Assembly: GCA_949298505.1 (NCBI GenBank)
Contig: CASFWW010000020.1
Location: forward strand, 15,914 to 79,913
From: an uncultured Christensenella sp.
GTDB taxonomy: Bacteria > Bacillota > Clostridia > Christensenellales > UBA3700
Length of the DNA stretch: 64,000 nucleotides
Reading direction: 5' to 3'
Below, one piece after another: positions 18,550 to 27,983 of the stretch. Made by a program: the position numbers and the translations under genes. Under the pieces are notes generated by a model that was given only the letters and a program-made list of their open reading frames with translations, was not told the origin of the DNA and did not search any database. Each line of letters starts with the position of its first letter. The first letter of the stretch is position 1.

Positions 18550-19188
18550 TTACTTCGTGCCGAACAGTCTGTCGCCCGCGTCGCCGAGTCCGGGCAGTAT
18601 GTAACAATGTTCGTTGAGCGTGCGGTCGAGGGTGGAAACGTAGACCTTTACGTCGGGGTTCGCTTCAGCGACCTTTTCCACGCCCTGCGGCGCCGCGATT
18701 ATGGACATAAGTCTTATCGTCTTTACCCCGCGCTGTCTTAAAAACTCTATCGCCGCGTTTGCCGATCCGCCCGTCGCCAACATCGGGTCGAGAAGCGTGA
18801 CCTGCATATTCTCTATTCCCTGCGGCAATTTGCAGTAGTATTCATGCGGTTCCATAGTCTCTTCGTCGCGGTACAGACCGATATGCCCCACTTTAGCGAG
18901 CGGGAAAATCTTCTGCACGCCGCTGACCATACCCAGTCCCGCGCGCAGTATCGGAACGATAGCTATCTTCCTTTCCTGCACGATCTGCTGAGTGCATACT
19001 TCGAGCGGCGTTTCGACTTCGACCTCTTTTGTCGGCGCGTCCTTGAACGCCTCGTAAGTCATCAGCATCGTAATTTCCTCGACAAGCTCTCTGAACTCTT
19101 TAGTGCCCGTGTTCTTGTCGCGGAGTATCGCTATCTTGTGTCTTATAAGCGGATGATCGAATATCGTTACGTTGGGGTAATTTTTCAT
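18550..19188 (-). CDS. upp: Uracil phosphoribosyltransferase
   Basis: 212 aa. It has [16 protein letters not shown], and a PRPP-binding loop in [12 protein letters not shown]. Confidence 0.95.
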   Translation of the reverse strand: MKNYPNVTIFDHPLIRHKIAILRDKNTGTKEFRELVEEITMLMTYEAFKDAPTKEVEVETPLEVCTQQIVQERKIAIVPILRAGLGMVSGVQKIFPLAKVGHIGLYRDEETMEPHEYYCKLPQGIENMQVTLLDPMLATGGSANAAIEFLRQRGVKTIRLMSIIAAPQGVEKVAEANPDVKVYVSTLDRTLNEHCYILPGLGDAGDRLFGTK

Positions 19189-19367
19189 AAGTATCTCCTT
19201 TTTCCGTCCTTATCTATTATCTTATTTTTTGCGCCGGTTGTCAATACTTAATTTCAGACGCAGGCACACGGCTGTATATACGAAACATTTAGTCTTGCTC
19301 AGTTTCCCGTTGATATTTGCGCCGCGCGGTGGTATGATAATAAAGATAATATTTAAAGAGGTATTTT

Positions 19368-21074
19368 ATGGATTTCAAAAAATATGAAAACGTAAAGATC
19401 AAAGATCTTCCCTACGAACGTTATACCATCGAGCAGGCAAAAGAGAGTTTCAACAAATTCTTCACCGCGGCTGAAAACGCGAAAAGCGCCGACGATATAT
19501 TAGCGGCGCGCGAAAAGTACGTGCTTAAAGCGAAAAACTCGTTCGGCACCGCGTCGTCTCTTGCAAACGCCCGCTTCACGCAGAATACGCGCGACGAGTT
19601 TTACGACGGCGAAGTAACTTATTACGACGAAGTCTCCCCCGCTTTCAGCGGACTTTACGTAAAATACGTGGACGTAATGCTGTCCTCTCCCTTCCGCAAA
19701 GAGCTGGAAGAAAAACTGGGAAAAGTACTTTACCGTACTTTCGAATTCGAAAAGGCGTCCTATAACGACATCATAGAAGAGGACGTAAAACAGGAAAACG
19801 CTTATTCGACAGAATACGTAAAGCTGCTGTCCACCGTCGAATGCGATTTCCGGGGCGAGAAAAAACCGCTGTCATATGTCAGAGGTTTCCTCGAAGACAA
19901 GGACAGAAACGTAAGAAAAGCCGCCGCGGAAAGCATAGGTAAAGCCATGCAGGCTCACTCAGAAGAATTCGACGACGTATTCGACCGTCTCGTCAAAGTA
20001 AGAGACAAGATGGCAAAGAAGATGGGCTATAAGAATTTTACCGAGCTGGGCTATTACCGCATGGGAAGAATCGACTACGACCGCGAAGCGGTGGAAAAGT
20101 TCCGCGAAAACGTAGTTTCCGCGATAACCCCCGTCGTTAAGGATATGAAAAAACAGGTAGCCGAAAAACTGGGTATAGACGATATAAAATTCTATGACGA
20201 CGCCGTTTACTCAAAAGACGAGGTGCCCACGCGCGACTGCTCTGTGGAAGAATTCTTTAACCGCGCGGAAGAGATGTATTCCGATATGGACAAAGACCTC
20301 TCCGCGCTGTTTACGCGCATGGTCAACGAAGAAGCCTTTGACGTTATCCCGAGAGACGGCAAGACGGGCGGCGGTTACTGCACGACATTCGAGGACTTCG
20401 GCAAAATATTCATTCTCGCAAATTTCAACGGCGCGAGCGGCGATATAGACGTTATTACGCACGAATTCGGACACGCGGTCGCGATGAATTACGCGATGCA
20501 GAAGAACGGCGACGAGCTGGGCATAGGCGGCTGTGAGACCGCGGAGTGCCACTCTATGAGCATGGAGTTCATAGCGTGGCCGTATATGGATAAATTCTTC
20601 GGCAGCTTAGCTTCCGCATACCGCAGAAAGCACCTTTCTGACGCGCTGACCTTTATCCCGTACGGCTGTATCGTCGACGAATTCCAGCATGAAGTCTACG
20701 ATCACCCTGAAATGACTCCCGCAGAAAGAAACGCGCTGTATTTAAGACTTTCAAAAAAATACCGCCCCTACCTCTCTTACGACGGAATCCCCTATCTTGA
20801 AAATGGCACGCGCTGGCAGTTCCAGGCGCACATTTTCGAAAGCCCGTTCTACTATATAGACTACTGCCTCGCTGAGACTGTCGCGCTCGGCTTCCTCGCG
20901 CTGTCGCGCAAGGACTATAAGCTCGCGCTTGAAAAGTATAAGGAGATGTGCAAGACGGGCGGCGAAAAGTTCTTCTCCGAAATGGTAAAGACGGCAGGCA
21001 TTTCCTACCCGTTCGGCGACGGAACTCTGAACGCCCTCGCGGACGATATGAAAGAGGTGCTCTCAACGCTTTAA
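19368..21074 (+). CDS. M3-family oligoendopeptidase (PepF-like)
   Basis: 568 aa with the zinc motif ITHEFGHAV. Its length and architecture are typical of M3B peptidases. Confidence 0.85.
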   Translation: MDFKKYENVKIKDLPYERYTIEQAKESFNKFFTAAENAKSADDILAAREKYVLKAKNSFGTASSLANARFTQNTRDEFYDGEVTYYDEVSPAFSGLYVKYVDVMLSSPFRKELEEKLGKVLYRTFEFEKASYNDIIEEDVKQENAYSTEYVKLLSTVECDFRGEKKPLSYVRGFLEDKDRNVRKAAAESIGKAMQAHSEEFDDVFDRLVKVRDKMAKKMGYKNFTELGYYRMGRIDYDREAVEKFRENVVSAITPVVKDMKKQVAEKLGIDDIKFYDDAVYSKDEVPTRDCSVEEFFNRAEEMYSDMDKDLSALFTRMVNEEAFDVIPRDGKTGGGYCTTFEDFGKIFILANFNGASGDIDVITHEFGHAVAMNYAMQKNGDELGIGGCETAECHSMSMEFIAWPYMDKFFGSLASAYRRKHLSDALTFIPYGCIVDEFQHEVYDHPEMTPAERNALYLRLSKKYRPYLSYDGIPYLENGTRWQFQAHIFESPFYYIDYCLAETVALGFLALSRKDYKLALEKYKEMCKTGGEKFFSEMVKTAGISYPFGDGTLNALADDMKEVLSTL

Positions 21075-21157
21075 GACAAGCGGGGTCAAAGCAAACAAAC
21101 GCGCTTTATGCAAACCGCAAAGCGCAAAAGCTATAAAGAAAATAATAAGCTTAACAA

Positions 21158-21195
21158 ACACGGGCAGGAAATTTCCTGCCCGTTGTTTTTGCTTT
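21158..21195. terminator. Bidirectional terminator between convergent genes
   Basis: The palindrome CGGGCAGGAAATTTCCTGCCCG is flanked by an A-rich stretch on the left and TTGTTTTTGCTTTTT on the right. Confidence 0.75.
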
Positions 21196-21211
21196 TTATT
21201 TAAAACAGCTC

Positions 21212-21886
21212 TCAGTCGACGGAAGGGAGAACGATCTCATCAACCTCTCCGAAATCGTAGAAGATAAAGGTTTCTATCGCTTCTTCGTCGCCTGTTTTAT
21301 AATCCGCAAAAGCACAGAGCTTGCCGTCCTTGATTTTGAATATGCAGTAAAAGTTGTCGATCTCACAGAAATAACCTTGTTTTTCTTCGTTCCATATCAG
21401 TTCGTATTCGTCGCCGCTTTGCATACGCAAATACGTGTCGACAGCTTGGATTATTTCATGATACAAATTGCCGACAGGAACAAACCAATCTTCTTTCTGC
21501 CACTTTCCGTCTCCGTCGTAAGTTATACGATAGTTGCCGTTTTCGTCAGAGTATTCATAAACGAACAACTCTTTTTTCCACTTTTTCGATTCGCCTTCGA
21601 GATTTGTCCTCGTCTCTACGTACCTCTTTCTGCCGCCGCAGATTTCGCTTATGATACAGCTATGGTAACCGAGATCCTCCGTCTCGCTTTTAACGCGATA
21701 ATTTAATACGTCTTCAGCTTCCGACAGAATATTCTGCCAGTCTTCCTGCGTTATCTTATCAGAGACCATCTCGTCGAACGTCAGATCTGCATCGGGAATT
21801 TCCGCCCACACTACATCGCACGATATGAGCGCACCCGACAAAGCGACAAGCAATAACGCCGCAACGATAAATAAAAACTTTTTCAT
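21212..21886 (-). CDS. Lipoprotein, unknown function
   Basis: ATG 21886 follows GAGGAGGGAG. The signal is MKKFLFIVAALLLVALSGALISC. Confidence 0.7.
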   Translation of the reverse strand: MKKFLFIVAALLLVALSGALISCDVVWAEIPDADLTFDEMVSDKITQEDWQNILSEAEDVLNYRVKSETEDLGYHSCIISEICGGRKRYVETRTNLEGESKKWKKELFVYEYSDENGNYRITYDGDGKWQKEDWFVPVGNLYHEIIQAVDTYLRMQSGDEYELIWNEEKQGYFCEIDNFYCIFKIKDGKLCAFADYKTGDEEAIETFIFYDFGEVDEIVLPSVD

Positions 21887-21993
21887 AACTGCTCCCTCCT
21901 CGGTTTTACGATATATCAAAAAGAGAATTCTGTCAATACCCCTCTCCCGCCCCTTCCTTAAGTAAAGCTATGATTTCCGCACGAAAAAACCAC

Positions 21994-22021
21994 AAAAAAA
22001 CGGCTCCCTTTCGGAAGCCGT
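21994..22021 (-). terminator. Terminator of the rpsF-ssb-rpsR operon
   Basis: On the minus strand: ACGGCTTCC-GAAA-GGGAGCCGT followed by TTTTTTT. Confidence 0.75.
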
Positions 22022-22042
22022 TAATTTTGTCCTTATACGTTA

Positions 22043-22291
22043 TTACTCTGCAACGTAGGGAAGCAGAGCCATAACTCTCGCACGCTTGATAGCCTCTGCG
22101 AGAAGTCTCTGGTGCTTTGCGCAAACGCCGCTCATACGTCTGGGAACGATCTTGCCCTTTTCGGTGATGAACTTACGCAGTTTTGCAACGTCCTTGTAAT
22201 CGATCTCGGTAGCCTTGTCTACGCAGAAGGTGCAGACCTTTTTGCGGGGAGCCTTTCTTGCCGGTCTCTTAACAACTTTTTCTTCGCTCAT
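22043..22291 (-). CDS. rpsR: 30S ribosomal protein S18
   Basis: 82 aa. It contains [33 protein letters not shown]. Confidence 0.95.
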   Translation of the reverse strand: MSEEKVVKRPARKAPRKKVCTFCVDKATEIDYKDVAKLRKFITEKGKIVPRRMSGVCAKHQRLLAEAIKRARVMALLPYVAE

Positions 22292-22309
22292 TTTTATATC
22301 TCCTTATAA

Positions 22310-22720
22310 TCAGAATGGTAAATTGTCGTCGGACGGCTCGACCTCTTCAAGCTTGGTCACGTCCGAACGCGAGGATCTGCTCTGCTGAGGAGAGTCCTCT
22401 CTGCTGCCCGACGGAGAAGAAAGGAATTCAACCTCGTCGGCGGTAACTTCGACCGAAGTGCGCTTAGCGCCGTCGTTACCTTCGTAGTTGCGGATCTGGA
22501 TGGAGCCTACGACTCCTACTTTTCTGCCCTTGCTGAGCGATTTAGCGCAGCTTTCTGCGATACCTCTCCACGTGATAACGTTGAAATAATCGGCCTCGTT
22601 ATTCTCTTTGCTGAATCTTCTGTTGACCGCAATCGAGAACCTGCAATAGCTTACGCCGCTGGGGGTCGTACCGCTTTCAGGGTCTCTGGTAAGATTGCCG
22701 ATAAGAATGATCTTGTTCAT
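22310..22720 (-). CDS. ssb: Single-stranded DNA-binding protein
   Basis: It has the OB-fold N-terminus MNKIILIGNLTRDPE and an acidic C-terminal tip DDNLPF. Confidence 0.95.
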   Translation of the reverse strand: MNKIILIGNLTRDPESGTTPSGVSYCRFSIAVNRRFSKENNEADYFNVITWRGIAESCAKSLSKGRKVGVVGSIQIRNYEGNDGAKRTSVEVTADEVEFLSSPSGSREDSPQQSRSSRSDVTKLEEVEPSDDNLPF

Positions 22721-22732
22721 AAATCCTCCTTA

Positions 22733-23014
22733 TTACTTGCGGACTATCATAAGTCTGACGATCTCGTCAACGATACGGCCGAGACGGGTGATTTCCGCGG
22801 GAACGCTCGCAGGAGCGTTGAACGTGGTCAACACGTAGTAGCCTTCGTTCTTGAAGTTGATCGGATAAGCAAACTTACGGGTGCCCCACTTGTCCAGGCT
22901 GACTATTTCGCCGCCCGCACCGGTAACAACCGCTTCGATCCTGTCGATAACAGCCTGCTTGCCTTCTTCAGTCACGTCGTTGTCGATGATGTACAAAAGC
23001 TCGTACTTGTTCAT
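22733..23014 (-). CDS. rpsF: 30S ribosomal protein S6
   Basis: 93 aa, starting MNKYELLYII, at the head of the conserved rpsF-ssb-rpsR order. Confidence 0.95.
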   Translation of the reverse strand: MNKYELLYIIDNDVTEEGKQAVIDRIEAVVTGAGGEIVSLDKWGTRKFAYPINFKNEGYYVLTTFNAPASVPAEITRLGRIVDEIVRLMIVRK

Positions 23015-23151
23015 AGAAACCTCCTTTTGGTCTGATGTCTTCCCGTCTCAGGGGAAGCAAGGATTTTGAAAATATATTCAAAATTGCTAATATACTATAG
23101 CACATAGTATTTTTTAAGTAAAGCGATTTAAAGCGTTTGCCCGCAAAATTT

Positions 23152-23802
23152 TTATTCTTCTTTGTCGTGTCCGGCATCGTCTGACGGCGCGTTTTGGAGA
23201 TTTTCGCCCATTTCAGCGCGTTTTTCTTTCTTTCCGTTTTCAGGGAACGGGCACATTCCCGCCTTTCTCGCCGCCGGGATAAGCACCTTTGTAAGAGGCG
23301 GAAACAGAAGCGGAAAAACTATAAGGTTGCAGACTATCTGAACGATATAAAACACCGCGCCCCTTGCGTAGATTATAGAAAAACGGTACCAGAACCTGTC
23401 GAAAAAGCCGCTGAAAAGCCCCGTATCGACCAAAGAGGTCTGCACTCCGAAAAGAGTCGTCATCACCGCCGCGATCAGCGTAATTATCCACCTGTTTTTT
23501 ACTTTCAGGCGCGCTGAAAGCATAAAGACCAGCGCGACCGCGGGCCAGTGGATGAAATAAGATATCACCCACGGACCCACGCCGAATATCGCAGTCTCTA
23601 TACCGCAGAATACAAGCGCAGCTACCACCCCGCCCGCGCCGAGACAATAACCGTACACGGCGCAAAGAAGGGTCACGCCTTCTACGTTGGGCACAGCGTT
23701 GAGCGCAAACTTGACCGCCTCGATCGTCGCGGCGGCAAGCGCCGTCAAAGCTATCTGTCGGGTAAGCATTCTGCCCGCTTTTAAAAATCTCTGCTTTTCC
23801 AA
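23152..23802 (-). CDS. Multi-pass membrane protein, ECF S-component-like (putative cobalamin-related transporter)
   Basis: It has five to six hydrophobic helices. It sits 27 nt downstream of the riboswitch-controlled lipoprotein gene. The start is uncertain: a non-ATG start at 23802, or ATG 23769 (MLTRQIAL). Confidence 0.55.
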   Translation of the reverse strand: MEKQRFLKAGRMLTRQIALTALAAATIEAVKFALNAVPNVEGVTLLCAVYGYCLGAGGVVAALVFCGIETAIFGVGPWVISYFIHWPAVALVFMLSARLKVKNRWIITLIAAVMTTLFGVQTSLVDTGLFSGFFDRFWYRFSIIYARGAVFYIVQIVCNLIVFPLLFPPLTKVLIPAARKAGMCPFPENGKKEKRAEMGENLQNAPSDDAGHDKEE

Positions 23803-23829
23803 TTTCCCGATAAAAGACTTAAAGTCTCA

Positions 23830-24309
23830 TCAATAACTGTCCACTCTTATAAGGATGATGCAATTCTCTTCAACGCTCATCTGAGATATTCCTACGCCTG
23901 ACGACGTAAGGCTTGCGCCTTCGTATTCGATAGTAGTAGCATATGCATCCACGCCCTTATCCTTTTCGACGGACGTAAACAGTCTTACGTATTCGTTCGC
24001 CTCGGTGGGCTGAACGCAACCGATGGAAGTGAGATATTTGCCATAGCTGCTTTCTTCCCAGCTTACGCTGACGCCGTGATTGCCGACCAGCTGCATTATC
24101 GCGGCTTCGCCGTTGAGCTGTCCTTCGAGAAGCGCAATGTCTATCGTATAGACCTGAGCTTCGCCCTCTTTGGGCATAAGCACAACTTTAAAAGTACCTT
24201 CCTGAGCCGCGGGGGTCTTTTCGTCGTCTGTGCAAGCCGCGAACGCGAATACGAGGCTGAGCGCGAGCACGACGGTAAGAACTACCGCTAAAATTTTCTT
24301 TTTATTCAT
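23830..24309 (-). CDS. DUF4430-like lipoprotein
   Basis: The signal is MNKKKILAVVLTVVLALSLVFAFAAC. Its size, the motif SSYGKYLTSIG, and its position behind a B12 riboswitch fit DUF4430-type B12-associated proteins. Confidence 0.6.
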   Translation of the reverse strand: MNKKKILAVVLTVVLALSLVFAFAACTDDEKTPAAQEGTFKVVLMPKEGEAQVYTIDIALLEGQLNGEAAIMQLVGNHGVSVSWEESSYGKYLTSIGCVQPTEANEYVRLFTSVEKDKGVDAYATTIEYEGASLTSSGVGISQMSVEENCIILIRVDSY

Positions 24310-24559
24310 AAATACTCCTTTTCCACTTACGGCAATTTTACGCCGCGCGGTAAATTTTATTGCAATTTAAAACGCCGTTATAACGCTTTTTGAGTAAACA
24401 AGCCTTTTTCGCGCGGTTTTCAACGTAAAACGCGCGTTTACTCGTCCGTGTGTTTCAAAAGGCGTATCCGCAAAAGATCGGAAAGAAAAGAAAAGCCGCT
24501 TTAAAGGCGGCGGAAAACAAAGCAAGCTGCGGCGCGTATCGCGTGCGCCGTGAAAGCCC

Positions 24560-24775
24560 GTGAATCTCCCTCCGAAATTCCGCTTGTACTCTTTGTCGGC
24601 AGGTCTCCTGACTTACGGCAAAATTCTGCGCCTTCCCCTTTTCAAGTGGCATAATGCAAAACCTTAGCGCCGCTGACAGTAGCGGGGGCTGTACGGGTCT
24701 TTCACCCGTTTCCCTTTTAATGACCGCCGCGCGGTCAACCTGACAAAGCCTGTTCCCCTTGCGGGTATCGTGAAT
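24560..24775 (-). promoter_or_regulatory. Cobalamin riboswitch
   Basis: The minus strand reads AAAAGGGAAACGGGTGAAAGACCCGTACAGCCCCCGCTACTGT ... GCCACTTGAAAAGGGGAAGGC ... GTAAGTCAGGAGACCTGCC (B12 box). This matches the conserved core blocks of the cobalamin element. The expression platform is not resolved; a weak hairpin plus T-run lies at 24484-24511. Confidence 0.85.
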
Positions 24776-24830
24776 ATATTATATCAACCGTTCCTCGTTT
24801 TGACAAGCGTTGATACCGAATGATGCAAAT

Positions 24831-26183
24831 TCAGTCCTCTTTCAGAAAATCTTCCTGCAGGACGTGCGTATATACCGGGCGCTTTTCCGGATTATAGCTT
24901 TTATATTCCTTTACGGTCACAACCCCGTAGACCGCAGATTCTTTCATATGCTGATAGTCTGTCCACTCTGCGCCCGTTTCAACGAGTTTCCTGACTTCTT
25001 CTTCACCGTCTTTCCAGCCTTCGCACGGTTCTCCCTCGCAATATATACTGAGTTCGGGGCACCCGACGAACGCGTTTTCTTTTATCTCTTTAACCGTTGC
25101 GGGGATATATATCTTTTTAAGTCCGCTGTCTTCAAAAGCACTTTGGCATATCGTCGTTGCTCTTTTATTGACGATCACGCGCGAAAGTCTGTTCCCTTTG
25201 AACGCGTTAATGCCTATGACGTCAACGTTGTCCGGGATATACAACGTATCCGCTATAGCGCCCTCGGCGCTGAGCAAAACGACGTTGCCCCTTCTTTCGT
25301 TCATATAAAAATCCGCCTCTCCGACTTTAAGCTTTATGCTTCTTACTATGTCGAGGCAGGTCTCCGGCAATTTATAACAGTTGTAAAAAGCCATATCGTT
25401 CACTTTTTTCAACCCTTCCGGGAAATTTATACTTTCAAGATTTTCGCACCCTGAAAAAGCATAGAACATTATCTCTTCAAGTCCGTCGGGCAGAACGACT
25501 TCTTTAAGCGAAACACAACCTTCGAACGCGCTCTCGCCTATCCTTTTCACGGTAGACGGTAGGACTATTTTTTCAAGCGCGGCGCATTTTGCGAACGTCT
25601 CTTTCTTTATCTCTGCGATCCCCTCCGGAAGTACGATTTCTTTAAGCGCTTCGCAGCCGCAGAAAGCCTGTTCGCCTATTTCTTCCGTGCCGTCCTTCAT
25701 ACTTACGGTCAGCAGACTTTTGCAACTGGCAAAGGCTTTATATCCAATACTTGTCACGGCGGGCACCTCTATATGCGTCAATGCGCTGTCCGAAAACGCG
25801 TTAGCAGCTATCTTTTTCAGACCGACAGGCAATACGACGTCTTTGAGTTTATCGCAACATGAAAACGCGTGCATTTCTATTTCGGTAAAATTTTCTCCCG
25901 GACACACGCTTGCGATCTCCGTCTGAAAAAACGCGCTCTTCCCCACCTTTCTGAGCGAAGCGGGAAAATTTACGCTCTCTATTCCCGAACACGCGAATGC
26001 GTTGTTGCCTATTTCTTCGAGTCCCTCCGGAAGAATCGCCCTTTTCAGCTTTTTGTAACCCGAAAAAGTACAATCTATCTTTTGTACGTCCTCAGGCACC
26101 GTTATTTCCCGTATATCGTCGGGCAGACTTGTCCACGTCAGGCAGACTTTGCCTTCACTCTCTTTTTTTCCAAATTCAGTCAT
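24831..26183 (-). CDS. BspA-type leucine-rich-repeat protein
   Basis: ATG 26183 follows GGAGGA. It has repeated ~23-aa units of the form IP.gV..IG..AF..C..L..i (IGNNAFACSGIESVNFPASLRKVGKSAF, and so on). No signal peptide is seen. Confidence 0.8.
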   Translation of the reverse strand: MTEFGKKESEGKVCLTWTSLPDDIREITVPEDVQKIDCTFSGYKKLKRAILPEGLEEIGNNAFACSGIESVNFPASLRKVGKSAFFQTEIASVCPGENFTEIEMHAFSCCDKLKDVVLPVGLKKIAANAFSDSALTHIEVPAVTSIGYKAFASCKSLLTVSMKDGTEEIGEQAFCGCEALKEIVLPEGIAEIKKETFAKCAALEKIVLPSTVKRIGESAFEGCVSLKEVVLPDGLEEIMFYAFSGCENLESINFPEGLKKVNDMAFYNCYKLPETCLDIVRSIKLKVGEADFYMNERRGNVVLLSAEGAIADTLYIPDNVDVIGINAFKGNRLSRVIVNKRATTICQSAFEDSGLKKIYIPATVKEIKENAFVGCPELSIYCEGEPCEGWKDGEEEVRKLVETGAEWTDYQHMKESAVYGVVTVKEYKSYNPEKRPVYTHVLQEDFLKED

Positions 26184-26344
26184 GACGATTTCCTCCATAA
26201 AAGCCGAAAATACAGTATAAATTTTACCATACGGCGCACCCGATTGCAATAAAAAGACGATATTCCTTAACATTCTGCCACTTACGTATATAAAAAACGA
26301 GGATCTCTCCTCGTCTTTTCTCTTTATTTGCAAAACCTTTTTCT

Positions 26345-27880
26345 TTATCTTACGATAAGCGATCTGCCCGTCATCTCCTTGGGTATCTCAATGCCCATAA
26401 TGTCGAGCATCGTGGGAGCGATATCGCACAGCTTGCCGCCGTCCGCGAGAGCCTTTACGCCGTCCGCGCCGATAACGAGGAAGGGAACGGGATTGGTCGT
26501 ATGCGCGGTGAACGGGGTGCCGTCCGCTTCGAACATATAATCCGCATTGCCGTGATCTGCGGTAAGGAGCGCCTGACCGCCTACGGACAGTATCGCGTCG
26601 ATAACCTTCTGAACGCATTCGTCTACGACCTTTACAGCCTTTTCAGCCGCAGCCATAACTCCGGTGTGACCCACCATGTCGCAGTTGGCGAAGTTCAGGA
26701 TCATCACCTCGTACTTGCCGCTCTTAATCTCCTCCACCGCTCTGTCGCACACTTCGTACGCGCTCATCTCCGGCTTCATATCGAAGGTCGCGATCTTCGG
26801 GGAATCGATCAGGATCCTGTCTTCGCCGGGGTTAGCCGCTTCTACGCCGCCGTTGAAGAAGAAGGTGACGTGAGCGTATTTCTGCGTTTCCGCGATCCTG
26901 AACTGTTTGATACCTTTTTTGGAAAGATACTCGCCCAGCGTGTTGACGTAAACCTCGGGTCTGAACGCGACGTCCAGGAAATCGTTGAACTTGACGTCGT
27001 ACTGAGTGAACGAAACGTAAACGGGAGCAAGGAATCCCTTCTTTCTCGGGAAAGACGGGAAATCGGGCATGATGAACGCCCTTGAGATCTGTCTCGCCCT
27101 GTCGGGTCTGAAGTTGAAGAAGATCACGCTGTCGCCTTTGTCGACCGTCGCGACCGGCGCGCCGTTCTCCGTTATCACGACGGGCACGACGAATTCGTCG
27201 GTCACGCCGTTTTTATAGCTGTTTTCCATAGCCTCGACGGGATCTTTCTCGAACACGCCCTCGCCGTCCGCGAGCGCCGCGTAAGCCTTTTCTACTCTGT
27301 CCCAGATGTTGTCTCTGTCCATAGCGTAAAATCTGCCGCTGATCGTCGCGATCTTGCCGAAATTCTCTTTTTTCATGAAATCGACCAGTTCTTTGACAAA
27401 ACCTTCGCCGCTCTTGGGAGGAACGTCTCTGCCGTCCATAAAACAGTGGACGTAGACCTGCGAAAGGCCGCGCTGCTTCGCCATCTTTATCAGCGCGAAA
27501 AGGTGGTTGATATTGCTGTGCACGCCGCCGTCGGAAAGAAGTCCCATAACGTGAAGCTTCCCGCCGTTCTTTTTCGCGCTGTCCATAGCGTTTACGAGCG
27601 CGGGATTTTCAAAGAAATCGCCGTCCTCGATAGACTTGGTTATCCTGGTCAGTTCCTGGTAGATTATCCTGCCCGCACCGATATTCAGATGCCCGACCTC
27701 GCTGTTGCCCATCTGCCCTTCGGGGAGACCGACCGCGAGACCGCTCGCGTTGAGCTGAGTAAACGGATATTTCTTCTCCATAGCGAGAACGTTGGGAGAA
27801 GTCTCGGGCGAAATAGCGTTGTTTTCGCCGAACTTGTTGATGCCGTAGCCGTCCATGATGATAAGACCGGTAAATTTCAT
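26345..27880 (-). CDS. gpmI: 2,3-bisphosphoglycerate-independent phosphoglycerate mutase
   Basis: ATG 27880 (MKFTGLIIMDGYG). It contains GNSEVGHLNIGAGR and ADHGNA. Confidence 0.95.
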   Translation of the reverse strand: MKFTGLIIMDGYGINKFGENNAISPETSPNVLAMEKKYPFTQLNASGLAVGLPEGQMGNSEVGHLNIGAGRIIYQELTRITKSIEDGDFFENPALVNAMDSAKKNGGKLHVMGLLSDGGVHSNINHLFALIKMAKQRGLSQVYVHCFMDGRDVPPKSGEGFVKELVDFMKKENFGKIATISGRFYAMDRDNIWDRVEKAYAALADGEGVFEKDPVEAMENSYKNGVTDEFVVPVVITENGAPVATVDKGDSVIFFNFRPDRARQISRAFIMPDFPSFPRKKGFLAPVYVSFTQYDVKFNDFLDVAFRPEVYVNTLGEYLSKKGIKQFRIAETQKYAHVTFFFNGGVEAANPGEDRILIDSPKIATFDMKPEMSAYEVCDRAVEEIKSGKYEVMILNFANCDMVGHTGVMAAAEKAVKVVDECVQKVIDAILSVGGQALLTADHGNADYMFEADGTPFTAHTTNPVPFLVIGADGVKALADGGKLCDIAPTMLDIMGIEIPKEMTGRSLIVR

Positions 27881-27983
27881 ATCTATACCTCTTTTGCCCT
27901 TGCGGGCGCAAAATTTTTTTCGCTGTAATTGTAGCACACGCGGATATTTAAGTCAACGTTTTGCGCGGGTAACGCGCGCGCCG

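Noticed and set aside
24455-24652. 65-aa ORF on the minus strand upstream of the DUF4430-like gene
   Set aside because: It lies entirely within the cobalamin riboswitch and leader.
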